Assembly: GCF_000315625.1 (NCBI RefSeq) | Contig: NW_005434539.1 | Coordinates: forward strand, 3,263-67,262 | Source: Guillardia theta CCMP2712 | Taxonomy: Eukaryota; Protista; Cryptophyta | DNA: 64,000 nucleotides | Direction of reading: 5' to 3' | In this document: positions 24,480 through 35,221 of the stretch, one piece after another | Numbering within the stretch: the stretch's first letter is position 1 | Layout: the number at the start of each line of letters is the position of its first letter | The notes under the pieces: model-generated | Told to the model about the DNA's origin: nothing | What the model saw: only the letters and a program-made list of their open reading frames with translations | The model's database searches: none | Position numbers and translations under genes: made by a program

Positions 24480-24830
24480 GCGTACCGTGACCGTGCACGT
24501 GTCACCCGGACCTCCCGGTGAGTGATCGCCGGGTCCCCGGGGCCTCAGGGCCCAGTAACTGGACTGATTTTTAACTTAACTTTGAGTAAAGGCTGACCGT
24601 CCTAACAGAACTGCTTTTTAACTTAACTTTGAGTAAAAGAGAAGAAGTGTCAGCACCGGTCGATGGGTCGGACGGAAATGTCGGGCCCGGGGGGGGGGGG
24701 CCGGGGGGGGGCGGCGGGCCGGGCCCAAACTACCGTACCGGGTGACCGGCCCGCCAATGCCACTACCGTCCGGTGGGTTGAAAGTTGCTGCCATAAGTCA
24801 CATCTTAGCACGGTGCGGTAGGTCACTGGG
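24480..24830. promoter_or_regulatory. GC-rich island between the two divergent channel genes
   Basis: GC-rich words; two tandem element copies at 24563-24641. Confidence 0.55.
24563..24641 (-). repeat. Two tandem copies of the dispersed AT-rich element
   Basis: ACTGATTTTTAACTTAACTTTGAGTAAAG (24563-24591) and ACTGCTTTTTAACTTAACTTTGAGTAAAAGAG (24610-24641). Confidence 0.9.
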
Positions 24831-25594
24831 GGTAGGGGTGGTAGATGAAAGGGTGGTCTTGAGAGGCGAATGAAGGAGAGATTGCTCGCTGGGTGGGTGG
24901 GGTACTCCACGAACGCACCTACCTCTCTTGAAAAGCTCTCAGTAGTGAGAATTAAGATTGACAAGATTGACCAGGGGTAGTGATAAGTAGACGTAAATCT
25001 GATGTGACCTAGTTGAGCATTTTGTCAAGTCAGTTATTATTGCGAGACAGTAAGGTGGTGAGGACGCCTATTAGACATTAGAGCTATTAAATTGAATGGG
25101 TTGGGGTGGTCAAATTTGGCTGTGTAGGGGTGGGTGATAAAAGCAGGAGCAAACTAGCGCGTAATTCCATACATGGCGCCATGCTGTTGATAACTGGGCC
25201 ATCACATCGACGTCATCACAAGTCATCAAGACATCGGAGGGAGAAGAGTGTGCAAGAAGACAGCCCCGTGAGATACGCAGGAGCATATGAGAGGAGGCGA
25301 CTGAGGAGAAGGTTTGCTGCTAAGGAAAAAAGCGATGGACTGGTCAGGGTGATTGATGGGGAGTGTGAGGTGTTGAGTGGGAGTGCACACAACCGATAGT
25401 AAGGTCAAGATGCCGATGTAAGCGAGGTAGGATGATTGGTATGATGGCACTCAAGACTATATAGTACTCCACTCGAAAACACACAGCACACTTGCTTTTT
25501 TTTCTTGCAGCCATGAACAACAGTGAGATGCTAACGTGTATACACCAGGCTACTTCATCGAAGCAACCTCGTAACAAGAGGATAGATTGCTGAG

Positions 25595-28184
25595 ATGTTG
25601 GCCGCGGCTTCGTTGGCAGCAACTGTGGCAACAACCTCCTCAAAGGTTCTGTCCTCCACGTCCTCCACTATGCGCAGAAGCAGCCTCCAGACCAACGAGG
25701 AGATCAAGCTGTTTGCCGATGACTCAGAGGGGCTCGAGAACGTGATCCCAAAGTCCACTCGACTGTTTGATGAACATCTTAGCAAATTACACCATTCTGG
25801 CATTTGGCAGGAACGGCGGCTAATCGCTTGCTCGGAGTTTGTTTACGTGCTCATGCCGTCGGAAGCACCAGCAGAACAATCTGGTCAGTGCAAGCTGGTG
25901 AAAGACGCTTCCTCGGACAGTTCTGAATGCCACTTCATACTTCTGCAAGGAGGGTATCTTGCGATGTATGAGACAGAAGAGGAGTTAATAGCGCGGAAAA
26001 GCGACACGGGAGGAATCGAATTCAGCTTGCATTCGACCAAGATCCTACAGCTGAATAAGAACGAGAAATCAATAATCTTGGCAGCAACAAGCTGCAAGTA
26101 TACACTGATCTTCAACAAGGAAGAGGAGTATGAAGTTTGGTCGAAAGCCTTCACAGAGCATTCGGAGTTTGCATTCAATGAGAAACAAAACATCACTGTA
26201 AAGATTCCGATTGTTGAGATCAAAGAAATCGCAGCGATGGACGACGCTGCTTTCAAACAGAGCAGCAATAGCCTCCCGCACTTCCATTTCCACAGGACGG
26301 CCTCTGAAAGTAATCATCTGCCTTTTCACTCAATCCCCTAGTCTCACTGATAGTGGTAACAGATGACAAAGCTGCAGCAGAAGACGGCGAGGGTCTGGAC
26401 TCCTTCATGTTCCAGATCTCGACGATCCCAGAGGGCTACAACTCCGGTAGAAGTTACTTCTTCAGAACTCAAAATGTTGTCTCGGGAAGGAAGATAGTTG
26501 ACATCTTGAGCGCTGTTGTTGTTTGCGCTCGCAAGTCGTTGAGAAGGAAGAGCGGCCTTGTTCTCATTCAGCGCAACGTCAAACGTTTTTACAACTCCAC
26601 TCCTTTTCAGAGCCTCGTCGCCCTCTTGCTCGTCCTCAACTTCCTCTCCAACATCTCTGAGCAGCAGCTGAAGCCGCTGCCGGACTCTCCCACCTCTCAC
26701 CTCTACGACAATCTCGACATCTTTTTCACTGGTGATCAGGTCTTCCGCCTCCTCGTCCAGAGCTCTGACGTCTTGCTTGCAATTGCAGTGCTCTTCACCG
26801 TCGAACTCTGCGTCAACTTCTTCGCCAACTTTTGGTGGGACTTTGTCTCGGACGGCTGGAACTTGTTCGACTTTGTTATCGTCTCGCTATCCATCCTGCA
26901 GCTGGCCCTGTCGTCGTTCCCCAGCCTGAGGCCCTTGCGGACGTTCCGAACTTTCAGGATCATCCGCATGTTTGGCAAGCTGAGGCAACTCAGGACCATT
27001 ATCAACGCTATCCTGTCAAGTCTCGTCCCGGTCCTCCAGACCATGGCCATCTGCCTGGTCGTCATCTCAGGTTGGAACTGTTGCAAGCTCGACAGCTCTG
27101 ATGCTTCTCCAGTGTACTGCAGCATGGGTGTTGAGTTCTTCAGCAGCAAGGCGCCTGATGAGTTTGGTAACAGGAGGAGCCTTGTCTCCCTCCTCCTCCT
27201 GATCGTCTTGCCGCAGGGAATTTCTTCCGAGGCTTCTATACTCTATTTAGCGTCATCGCCTTTGGCAAGTGGCCTGACGACGTTCTGCCGCCCTTCAACC
27301 CCGACGGGTCCGTTAACATCGGCAACGTGGCTTACATATACTCCTTCGTCCTCCTCGTCATCCTTGTGCTCTTGCAAGTGCTCGTAGCCGTCCTCCTCGA
27401 GAACTTCTTCAGCGCAGCGAGGAGGGAGAGAGAGAAGCTGCTGATGGAGCACGAAGACAAGAACCTCTCTACCGTGGCCAACCCTCTCCATAGCCTTCTC
27501 AGCTCGCTCTCAGTCCAGTTCGCTACCCCCTGCGACCTCGAGCAAAGGATGGACCTTATCTTCCAGGTCCTTGACTGCGATCGTGGGGGGACGTTGAGCT
27601 ACGATGAGTTTGCGGAGGGACTGCACAAGATGTTTCCCCTGTGCAACAGGCTGACTGAGGACGATTTCTTCTCCTTCACCGCTGGTACAAACGAGCTCAC
27701 ATCTCAGCAGTTCCGGCAGTGCCTGTGGAAAGAGCTCAAGTCGTACATCCTCCGGAGGATGACAGAGGCTGCGGTCCTGCTGGATGGAGACAAGGAGTCG
27801 GAGATCATGCTGACGGCGATGAAGATGATGCTTGTGATGGGAGATCCGACCTTCGATGAGTTCGGGTCCAAGGATAAGGTAAATGTTGTTGAGATCTGTG
27901 GCGCTGAAAGCTGACGCTGCCGTCAGCTTCATCGTGGCAGGGGGATGAGCAGGCACAACTTGAGCGACAAGCTTGACCGAACTTCGAGCCATAGGTCGAG
28001 CTTGAGTTGCGATGTGCTGGGACTGCGGGAGGAAGTGCAGACATGGAGGAGCGAGTGTGTAGCTCTACAGCACAAGTGCTTCAACCTTGTAGAAGAGCTT
28101 GCTATGAAGGTGAACATGCTGCAGCCTCCTGCAACAGTTGCGAAGCATGTGAAGCTCCCAGATCATGGTGATGAGATGGTGTAG
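25595..28184 (+). CDS. Single-domain voltage-gated cation channel (BacNav/EukCat-like) with N-terminal PH domains, C-terminal EF-hand and coiled coil
   Basis: S2 FTVELCVNF; S3 DGWNLFDFVIV; S4 LRPLRTFRTFRIIRMF; pore FYTLFSVIAFGKWP; S6 VLVAVLLENF; EF loop DCDRGGTLSYDEF; PH-like signatures in the N-terminus. The true start codon is uncertain and could lie upstream. Confidence 0.85.
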
Positions 28185-28285
28185 TAGATGCCTTTCAGTC
28201 TATCTTGCGAGAGAAAGATTCTGTAAATAGAAAGGAATACAAATAACATCGATACTGAAGGATTCTCTGGTCAGAAGTAGAATAC

Positions 28286-28286
28286 A

Positions 28287-28321
<35 letters not shown>

Positions 28322-28357
28322 AGCAACAACATCAACATCATCAAAAACAACAACAAT

Positions 28358-28407
<50 letters not shown>

Positions 28408-28565
28408 TTACTACTGCTACTACTACTACTACTACTACAGCAACTGCAACTACTACTACTACTAGCAGCACTACTACTACTACTACTAGCAGCACTACTA
28501 CTACTACACATACTGCTACTACTACTGCTACTACTACTGCTGCTGCTGCTACTACTACTACTACT

Positions 28566-28616
<51 letters not shown>
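28286..28616. repeat. Compound microsatellite (CAACGG)n/(CAT)n/(CTA)n/(CAACAG)n
   Basis: Seen directly between convergent 3' ends. Confidence 0.95.
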
Positions 28617-28669
28617 TTCAACAGATCTCAACAGATCTCCCTAATATACATCACTCTTGGCAGCCTCCT

Positions 28670-29224
28670 CTAGTCCAGGTCTTCTTGAAACGCGCGCTCA
28701 ATGCTCTCAGGCGTGATTTCAGTGAAGAACCTCATGGAATTTGTCACTCCTGCCTCGCTCTCGCTGTCCCTTCCACCAGCTTCCTCCTGCGTCAACGACC
28801 GCGCGTTGCTCGACACCTCCAGTCGTGCATCGGCCCTCGGAGAGCTAGCATGGTGCTGTTCATGGGGAGCCGTCTGCTCATCAAAGTAGGGTCGCTTCTT
28901 CCTCGGCCTGGAGTCTCTTGCTCCCAGCGGCCTTCCCGGGCCTCTCTTTTCCCGCTTTGCATGCTCCAGCACCTCTTCAGCCGACCAAAGAGCTTCTGTT
29001 GCACCTGTCCACGTCCTTTTGCTCCATATGTCTCGAACGGTCTTAGCGCTGGTGCCATACTTGCTGGCCACGTCGGCACTCTTGCGGGAGAGGCTTGCGT
29101 CATCTAGACTGTCAAGGTCCTTCTCGCGGTAGATCTTGTATGCGAGGTCGCTGGTGAGAATCCTCGGACGAAACTTGGAGGATGCACACTCGATCTGATT
29201 TGACAGGTTGAGTTCGTCACTCAT
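28670..29224 (-). CDS. KTVRDIW HTH + AT-hook-like protein, paralog 2
   Basis: AYKIY..VASKYGTSAKTVRDIWSKRTW..LW..PGRPLGARDSRPRKKR. Confidence 0.8.
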   Translation of the reverse strand: MSDELNLSNQIECASSKFRPRILTSDLAYKIYREKDLDSLDDASLSRKSADVASKYGTSAKTVRDIWSKRTWTGATEALWSAEEVLEHAKREKRGPGRPLGARDSRPRKKRPYFDEQTAPHEQHHASSPRADARLEVSSNARSLTQEEAGGRDSESEAGVTNSMRFFTEITPESIERAFQEDLD

Positions 29225-29499
29225 GACAAGTGTCTTGGAGCTTCTCTACTGGACTTCCATCAACAGATCCTGGCAGAAGCTGCAGATGTTAACACGCCGA
29301 GATGCTTGGTTGTATTGCTTGAGAGATAGAGAGATTCCTTTGAATGCTAAGGAGAAGACAAGAAGTAGTAGGAGAAAAGAGCGGAGGGGACCGGGAGGAG
29401 CAATAAGAAACGGGGAGAGAAGAGAGAGGAGATGAAGCTCAGCTAATCGAAGGGAGAAAGCAGCGGCTTGATGTGGAGAGACTATGAAGGTATGAGGGA

Positions 29500-29550
<51 letters not shown>

Positions 29551-30032
29551 TGCAGGAAGGGAGCAGGGGTTCAGGTACCGGGCTCGGAAGTGGATAAGAC
29601 CGCGCCTGGGCAAAGGGGCCGAGGGGTGACAGGTGGTATCGTGACTACTGGTCCCCTTGATCACGAAAAGAGCTGTTTTGAATGGCGGGTCATGATACCG
29701 ACTGACAATCAAGCTGTGAATGGATTGATCGATCAGCGTCAAGTACCACATGGAAAGACATCGGTGAATGAAGGAAGAAAGTCCCATCAGCTGATTCAGG
29801 GAGAACTTACCATCAACTACTTTTCAGTGATTTCACCACCTTGTGATTAGGCGTTTGTTTGGATTGCGGTGATACATCACTTCCTGGTATCATCGCATCG
29901 AGCGAGTGGAAGACACGATGTCATTTACTTGTAAAAAAGAAATCTTTGCAACCTACATAATGGTGTACTGGACTATTCACATCATTCACACACGTGGGTG
30001 TCCACATCTTCGTAAATACGTGGAAATCTGCT

Positions 30033-31046
30033 TCAATCGTCCACGTTTTCAGTCCCACCCAAGAATTGTTGAATGGACGATGAATCGGGTCTTACCAACC
30101 ACTCATCAACTTCATTTGACTTGCTGGAAGAAGAGCTTTCGAACGGGCTGATAGGAAGTATGTTTGCTTGCTCATGCTGTAAAAAGCCTTCTGTTCGATC
30201 AGACAGCTCGCTTGGTTCGGTTTCTCCTTGCTCAATAGAAGTGCGACCTTCGTCTCCATTGTCGATGGAGCCTGAACCTTCAGAGCTTGATAGCTGCCGT
30301 TTTGAACAAGACCGCCAAACCTTCTCAATATTCTTCTTCATCTCCTCGTCAGGAATGGAGTTGGTCTCAGGGATCGAGTTCGTCTCACTGGTCGATGAAG
30401 TCTGCTGCTGATTCCCAGGTGCCACTGATGACTCAGAAGTTGAATCTATCTGTTTCTTCATGTCTGTTCGCTTCTTCCTTGGCTTCGAGTCCTTTGAGCC
30501 AAAGGGTCGTCCCGGGCACCTCCTGGCTTGCTTTTCAAACTCAGCCCTTTCACTGTCAGTCCAAAGGGACATGGTTGCCTCTGTCCATGTTCTACGATCC
30601 CAAATATCCCTCACTGTCTTGGAGTTCACTCCAAACCTGTTTGAAACGAATGTGCTTTCCATCGATTTGTTCTCTAGATTATTCCCCTTTGCGAGGTATA
30701 TCTGATATGCCAGATCCCTGTTCAGCACCTTGCTACGTGTCCTTCTAGAAGCAGGCTGTGACTGTGTTGGCTCACTCTCATGCGATGCACTGCTCTGACT
30801 AGGAGTGTCAGTTAAGTTGGACTTTGACCCATCCTCTTCCGTTTTGTGCTGCGTTCTACGCCAATTCGTCGCGCTACCTGTCCCGCTCTTTTCCAGTTTC
30901 GTCCTTGAATCATTTCCGCTCCCTGCGCTAGAGCTTCTATGACTTTTCTTTGATTCCTTCGTTGCTGACCTACTCCCTGCTGTTGACTCGCCCCTCCCCT
31001 GCACGCCTTTCCGCATTGCCGCTGTCTCCATCTCCGCTCGCTGCAC
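30033..31046 (-). CDS. KTVRDIW HTH + AT-hook-like protein, paralog 3
   Basis: AYQIY..LENKSMES..VSNRFGVNSKTVRDIWDRRTW..PGRPFGSKDSKPRKKR; C-terminal DEWLVRPD resembles paralog 1. Start codon uncertain. Confidence 0.8.
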   Translation of the reverse strand: MQRAEMETAAMRKGVQGRGESTAGSRSATKESKKSHRSSSAGSGNDSRTKLEKSGTGSATNWRRTQHKTEEDGSKSNLTDTPSQSSASHESEPTQSQPASRRTRSKVLNRDLAYQIYLAKGNNLENKSMESTFVSNRFGVNSKTVRDIWDRRTWTEATMSLWTDSERAEFEKQARRCPGRPFGSKDSKPRKKRTDMKKQIDSTSESSVAPGNQQQTSSTSETNSIPETNSIPDEEMKKNIEKVWRSCSKRQLSSSEGSGSIDNGDEGRTSIEQGETEPSELSDRTEGFLQHEQANILPISPFESSSSSKSNEVDEWLVRPDSSSIQQFLGGTENVDD

Positions 31047-31479
31047 TGTGACTGTGGACGTCGTTCTTGTATGTGGGTAAGACCTCTATAGGACCCCCGT
31101 AGGTGCCGTCCAGGTTGGGTTTTTCGAAAGAGAACTTTTCAGTTTGCGTCGGTTTTCTGAAAAGCAACACTTTCGATGGGAGGATGTAACCGTCCGACTA
31201 TTTTCCCATTTGGCCCTTTTAATTGCTCCGAAATGCATCCTTTCGCGGACCGACGATTGTTGAGGGGCAGAGGGTAGGTTAAAAAGGGCAGATGGGACGG
31301 AATTTAAGTCATCCAGTCCTTAAACCCCCTACGGATGACACCCGATGGCCCTTTTACTACATCATCCTGACTCTGTCAGGTGCAATTGGAACCGTGACCG
31401 TCCCGGTTCGGGATGATACTATGATATGCATAGGGGATGTGCCACCCCAGTATTCCCGACTCAGTGTATCCGATCACGG

Positions 31480-32330
31480 TCTGCCACCAAAGGCTCCAGG
31501 CGCGGCGCGGCCGGGCAGTCGGGGCCGGCGAAATGGAGGGGGCGGCGGGGAGGCCCGGGCCCCGGGCCCGGGGGGCCGGGGGCGGCGGCCGCCGGCGGGC
31601 GCGGCGCCATCCGCTCGGATCCGGCGCAGTGATGTGAGGCTCGCGGCCGGGCGGCCGGGCCCGAGTCAGAGCCGGTCACCGTCCAACTGAGCCTGCCCGC
31701 ACCGATGATAGTACCGCAGTCTGAGGCTGCGGCGGCCCGGCCCCCCCGGGTGATCGGACTCTGGCCCGCCCATCACGGTGGCACGGCTCGCCGCCCCCCG
31801 CCGGGTACGATCCCGCCGGGCCCGCCGTCGATGACGGTCCATCATTCAAGCCTGGCTAGTACCGACGGTGCAGTGCCCCGCGCCCGGCGATCATACCCGG
31901 GTCCGGCCTGAGTCGGCGTGTCTCCGACTACAGTGTCCGATCCGAGTCCCAGTCCCGGCCTGAGTCCCCCCGGACCCCGGTTAAGCGGGGGCCCCCGCTC
32001 CGAGTCCGCCAGTTAAAACTTTAATCAGTAAACAGCCTAACCCCCCCCCCTCAACTGAGTGGCGGAGGCCGGGCGCCGGCGGCCCGGTCTGACCGTACCG
32101 TCTTCAACGGTACTACGGTACGGTGCATACCGGGCGCCCCGCGCCCCCCCCTTGGTACCCGGAGTCCCCCGGGGGGGCGGCAGCCTCGGCCGCGCCCCCG
32201 GCTAAACAGTTTCAGGGGGCCCCGGCCCCCGGGGGCCGGGACTCGGGACTCCCGGACTGACAGTGAGCGGCGCCGCGGCGTGACCGTGCCGCAGTGCCGG
32301 GCGTACGGTCGTCACTCCGAGACTCTGAGC
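31480..32330. promoter_or_regulatory. GC/CpG-rich island between divergent genes
   Basis: Extremely GC-rich; degenerate element fragment GTTAA[...]GTTAAAA[cttta]ATCAGTA at ~31980-32030. Confidence 0.55.
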
Positions 32331-32360
32331 GAAGTGACTTTTTTTTTTGTTCGCTGGAAC

Positions 32361-34079
32361 ATGCCGGCGGCTCAAGGTCGCTTGTGCTTCATCCTGAGAG
32401 TCGTCCCCGTTCTCATCCTCTTCTCCTTCGCCAAGTCTCTCCCCCCCGATAGCTCGAGTGACCCCACACACGAGCCTGCAAACTCAAAGGTCAGGCAGGT
32501 CGGCTATGATGACTTCTCCACCTTCATTCACAGAAACCCGCTGATCCTCATGGAGTTCTACGCGCCGTGGTGTGCACACTGCCAAGATCTGGCCCCAAAG
32601 TTGAGAGAGGCAGCTGCAATCATGGATGGGATGGATCTTCCTGCCCGAGTCGTCTTTGCCAAGTATGATGACAGCAATGAGTACAACAGGAGACTGCGTG
32701 CTGGTGCTCCGGAAGTCTACGATTTCCAATCATACCCCGCGCTGTACGTGTTTCGTGACGGAAAGCATGAAAGATATCTTGGGGGACGAGAGACGCATGA
32801 GATCGTATCGTACATGACCTCTGTTGCCAAAGGTCTTGATCCACAAGAGGAGGAGAAGAGAGCCAAGCCAGGGCTGTACAAGTCGAAACCGGACTACGAC
32901 CCTCTAGTATTTGCTGACCTCGACACTACTAGCTTTCGTCAAGAGGTGATTGAAAATGACCTTGTCGTGTGGATCATTGAGTTCTACAGCGACTTCTGTC
33001 CGATCTGCAAGTCATTGACAAAGGAGTTTCTGCAAGCCTCAAGAGAGGTCGAGTCAGAGATTCCAGGAAAAGTCAGGTTCGGAGGGGTAAACAGCAGGGT
33101 CAACGAGGAGATCGCAGAAATGTTCGCAGTGACGAGCTACCCATGGGTGGCATGTTTCTTCCAGGGGCACAAGGTTGAGGACATGAGAGGCTTGTCGGGA
33201 GCAGAATCGATCAGGAGGTTTGCGACTTCAATGGCAGATCGGTTGAAACCAAAGGGGCTCCAAGGCAAGGCACAGAGCAAGCGACCAAAAGAGGCCTCTT
33301 CACGCGCAGAGCCAGGCTCCGTTGCATCCGATCCGACCCAAGAGATGCTGTTTGGAGGGGGCTCTGCGGACGAATACAGCAAGCTCAGCTGGAGGGATCA
33401 GCTGGGCCGCCATACCTGGTACTTCCTGCACTCTGTGGGGGTGACTTACCCTGAGTATCCTACCCCGGCCGATGAGCAGGCTGTTCGCTTCCTTGTCGCT
33501 GCTCTTGGCCAGCTGTTTCCTTGCAAGTCGTGCAGGAGGCACCTTCAGAGGACTCTGAGCACCAACGTTACCCTGGGACCAGTGCCAACTGCCAGCAGGG
33601 AAGAGCTCTCGCGGTGGCTCTGCCAGCTACACAACATTGTGAACATCAAGACGGGAAAAGCTGAATTCCTATGCGAACAACACAGGCTGGATCTGATGTA
33701 CCTCAAGAACTGCAACGAGTGCAAGGAATCGTTCCAACCGGGGAAAGTGCACGAGGCCGTTCACCCATGGAACGCCCAGTTGTATGCGAACGACCCCTCT
33801 ATGTACCAGGACATCCAGTCAGAAAGTGATATGGAAGAGATCGCTGATTTAGAGGAGCTTCTACGGATAGGAGTGGAATTCAACGTGCTGACCAAGAAGA
33901 GAGCCCTGAGGATTCGACATTTGATTGAGAGCGGGGAGAGCACTCGGCAGAAAGTCAGCAGGGAACTTCACAAGCTTCTTCTTCCTATCCAGAAGCTGAG
34001 AAATGAGAACCGGAGCCTGAAATCAAGCAGGACATGCAAGCCGTCTGGTGCCGCGGCCGAGGTCAATCATGATCGATGA
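32361..34079 (+). CDS. Secretory thioredoxin-thioredoxin-Erv1/ALR sulfhydryl oxidase (QSOX-like); intronless
   Basis: Signal peptide; Trx1 EFYAPWCAHC; Trx2 EFYSDFCPIC; Erv domain LGRHTWYFLHS..FPCKSCRRH..WLCQLHNIVN..GK..F.C; distal CNEC. Confidence 0.88.
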   Translation: MPAAQGRLCFILRVVPVLILFSFAKSLPPDSSSDPTHEPANSKVRQVGYDDFSTFIHRNPLILMEFYAPWCAHCQDLAPKLREAAAIMDGMDLPARVVFAKYDDSNEYNRRLRAGAPEVYDFQSYPALYVFRDGKHERYLGGRETHEIVSYMTSVAKGLDPQEEEKRAKPGLYKSKPDYDPLVFADLDTTSFRQEVIENDLVVWIIEFYSDFCPICKSLTKEFLQASREVESEIPGKVRFGGVNSRVNEEIAEMFAVTSYPWVACFFQGHKVEDMRGLSGAESIRRFATSMADRLKPKGLQGKAQSKRPKEASSRAEPGSVASDPTQEMLFGGGSADEYSKLSWRDQLGRHTWYFLHSVGVTYPEYPTPADEQAVRFLVAALGQLFPCKSCRRHLQRTLSTNVTLGPVPTASREELSRWLCQLHNIVNIKTGKAEFLCEQHRLDLMYLKNCNECKESFQPGKVHEAVHPWNAQLYANDPSMYQDIQSESDMEEIADLEELLRIGVEFNVLTKKRALRIRHLIESGESTRQKVSRELHKLLLPIQKLRNENRSLKSSRTCKPSGAAAEVNHDR

Positions 34080-34312
34080 TTCCGATGATGCAACCAATCA
34101 ACTGCCACAACTGGCCCAACTGATCCCACGCCCGGCCTGTGACCCATCATGTGACATTAGTGCCACTGACGTTACAGTGCGGCTGAGGAGCCGCTAGTAC
34201 GGTCACAGACAGTGACTGTCACAGCAGCGCAGCCCTATGTAGTTTAGTCTAGACTATAAAGATTCTAGTAGGACACAGGTAAAAGCCGACACGGGCCTAC
34301 CGTGAGGCAGCC

Positions 34313-35103
34313 ATGGCCATGTATGTGAGAGTGAAGCGAGCAAAACAAACCATCTTCATGCACTGTAAGTGAGAGAAGAGGAGGACAGAGCGATGGCGGG
34401 AAAGAGGAAGAAGATGGAGCGATGGCGTGAAAGACGTTTCTAGAGGAGAGAGGGAGGAAAAGCCGCGATTAGCTGGTAGGGAGGGACTTGAAAGGAGGGT
34501 GACGGATTGATGGATCAGGAGGAGGGGGCGGAGAGAACGGGGAGGTGGAGGTATACGGAGGGAGAAGACAAGAATATAAAGTAGCAACTTGTTTCATGGA
34601 GAAGAAAGATGTTTCCAAGAGGTTTGAATACGTGCAGGAGAGATTGAATGCGGTTTGTCAGGCGATCCCAGTGATACAATAGCGTCCTTGAAGCAAAAGA
34701 TCAAACAGATCAACAAAGTCGAGGTCTCCGTCTCACTAATCTTGCTCATTCGCCCCTACTCTGACATGATGCATCAGCCGAGCGACCAGCGTCTTGTACA
34801 GATCGATGATAGGAATGTCTTGGATGATGACAAAGTAGGAGCAGATCCTGGGAACATGCGTCAAGTAACACTTGCTGCAGACGTTGAGAGAGTGCAAGGT
34901 GGAAGACATGGCAACTCTGGGGTTGATATTAAGAAAGAGCGCAGAGGTTTGGCGTCATTGGAGGAAAGAGACTCGTCTTGACCCGGTTGCAGTCCACAGA
35001 ATGGGAGGAGCTTGACGTGCAGAGGTTTGAGGTAAATATGCTCACGTTTGCCAGGTGATGCTGATTCTGCAAGCAGAGCGAGAAGGAGAATGAAAGTGCT
35101 TGA
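34313..35103 (+). CDS. ELOB: Elongin B (ubiquitin-like), multi-exon
   Basis: Spliced reading MAMYVRVKRAKQTIFMHC/DPSDTIASLKQKIKQINKVE/PSDQRLVQIDDRNVLDDDK/TLRECKVEDMATLGLILRK..WEELDV matches the Elongin B pattern; last exon uncertain. Confidence 0.75.
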
Positions 35104-35221
35104 AATTAGAGGCCGTGGATGAATTCTAAACTTTATTAATTGTGTTTGCTCGTTGTTGTTCCTGTGAGAAACTACAGTCGTCGCCATATCTCAGTGTGCA
35201 GGAGGATGGTACAAGACTATT

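Noticed and set aside
28195-28631. Poly-Met/Cys/Ser/Val ORFs; possible telomere-like array
   Set aside because: Compound tri- and hexanucleotide microsatellite with no TTAGGG/TTTAGGG-type unit.
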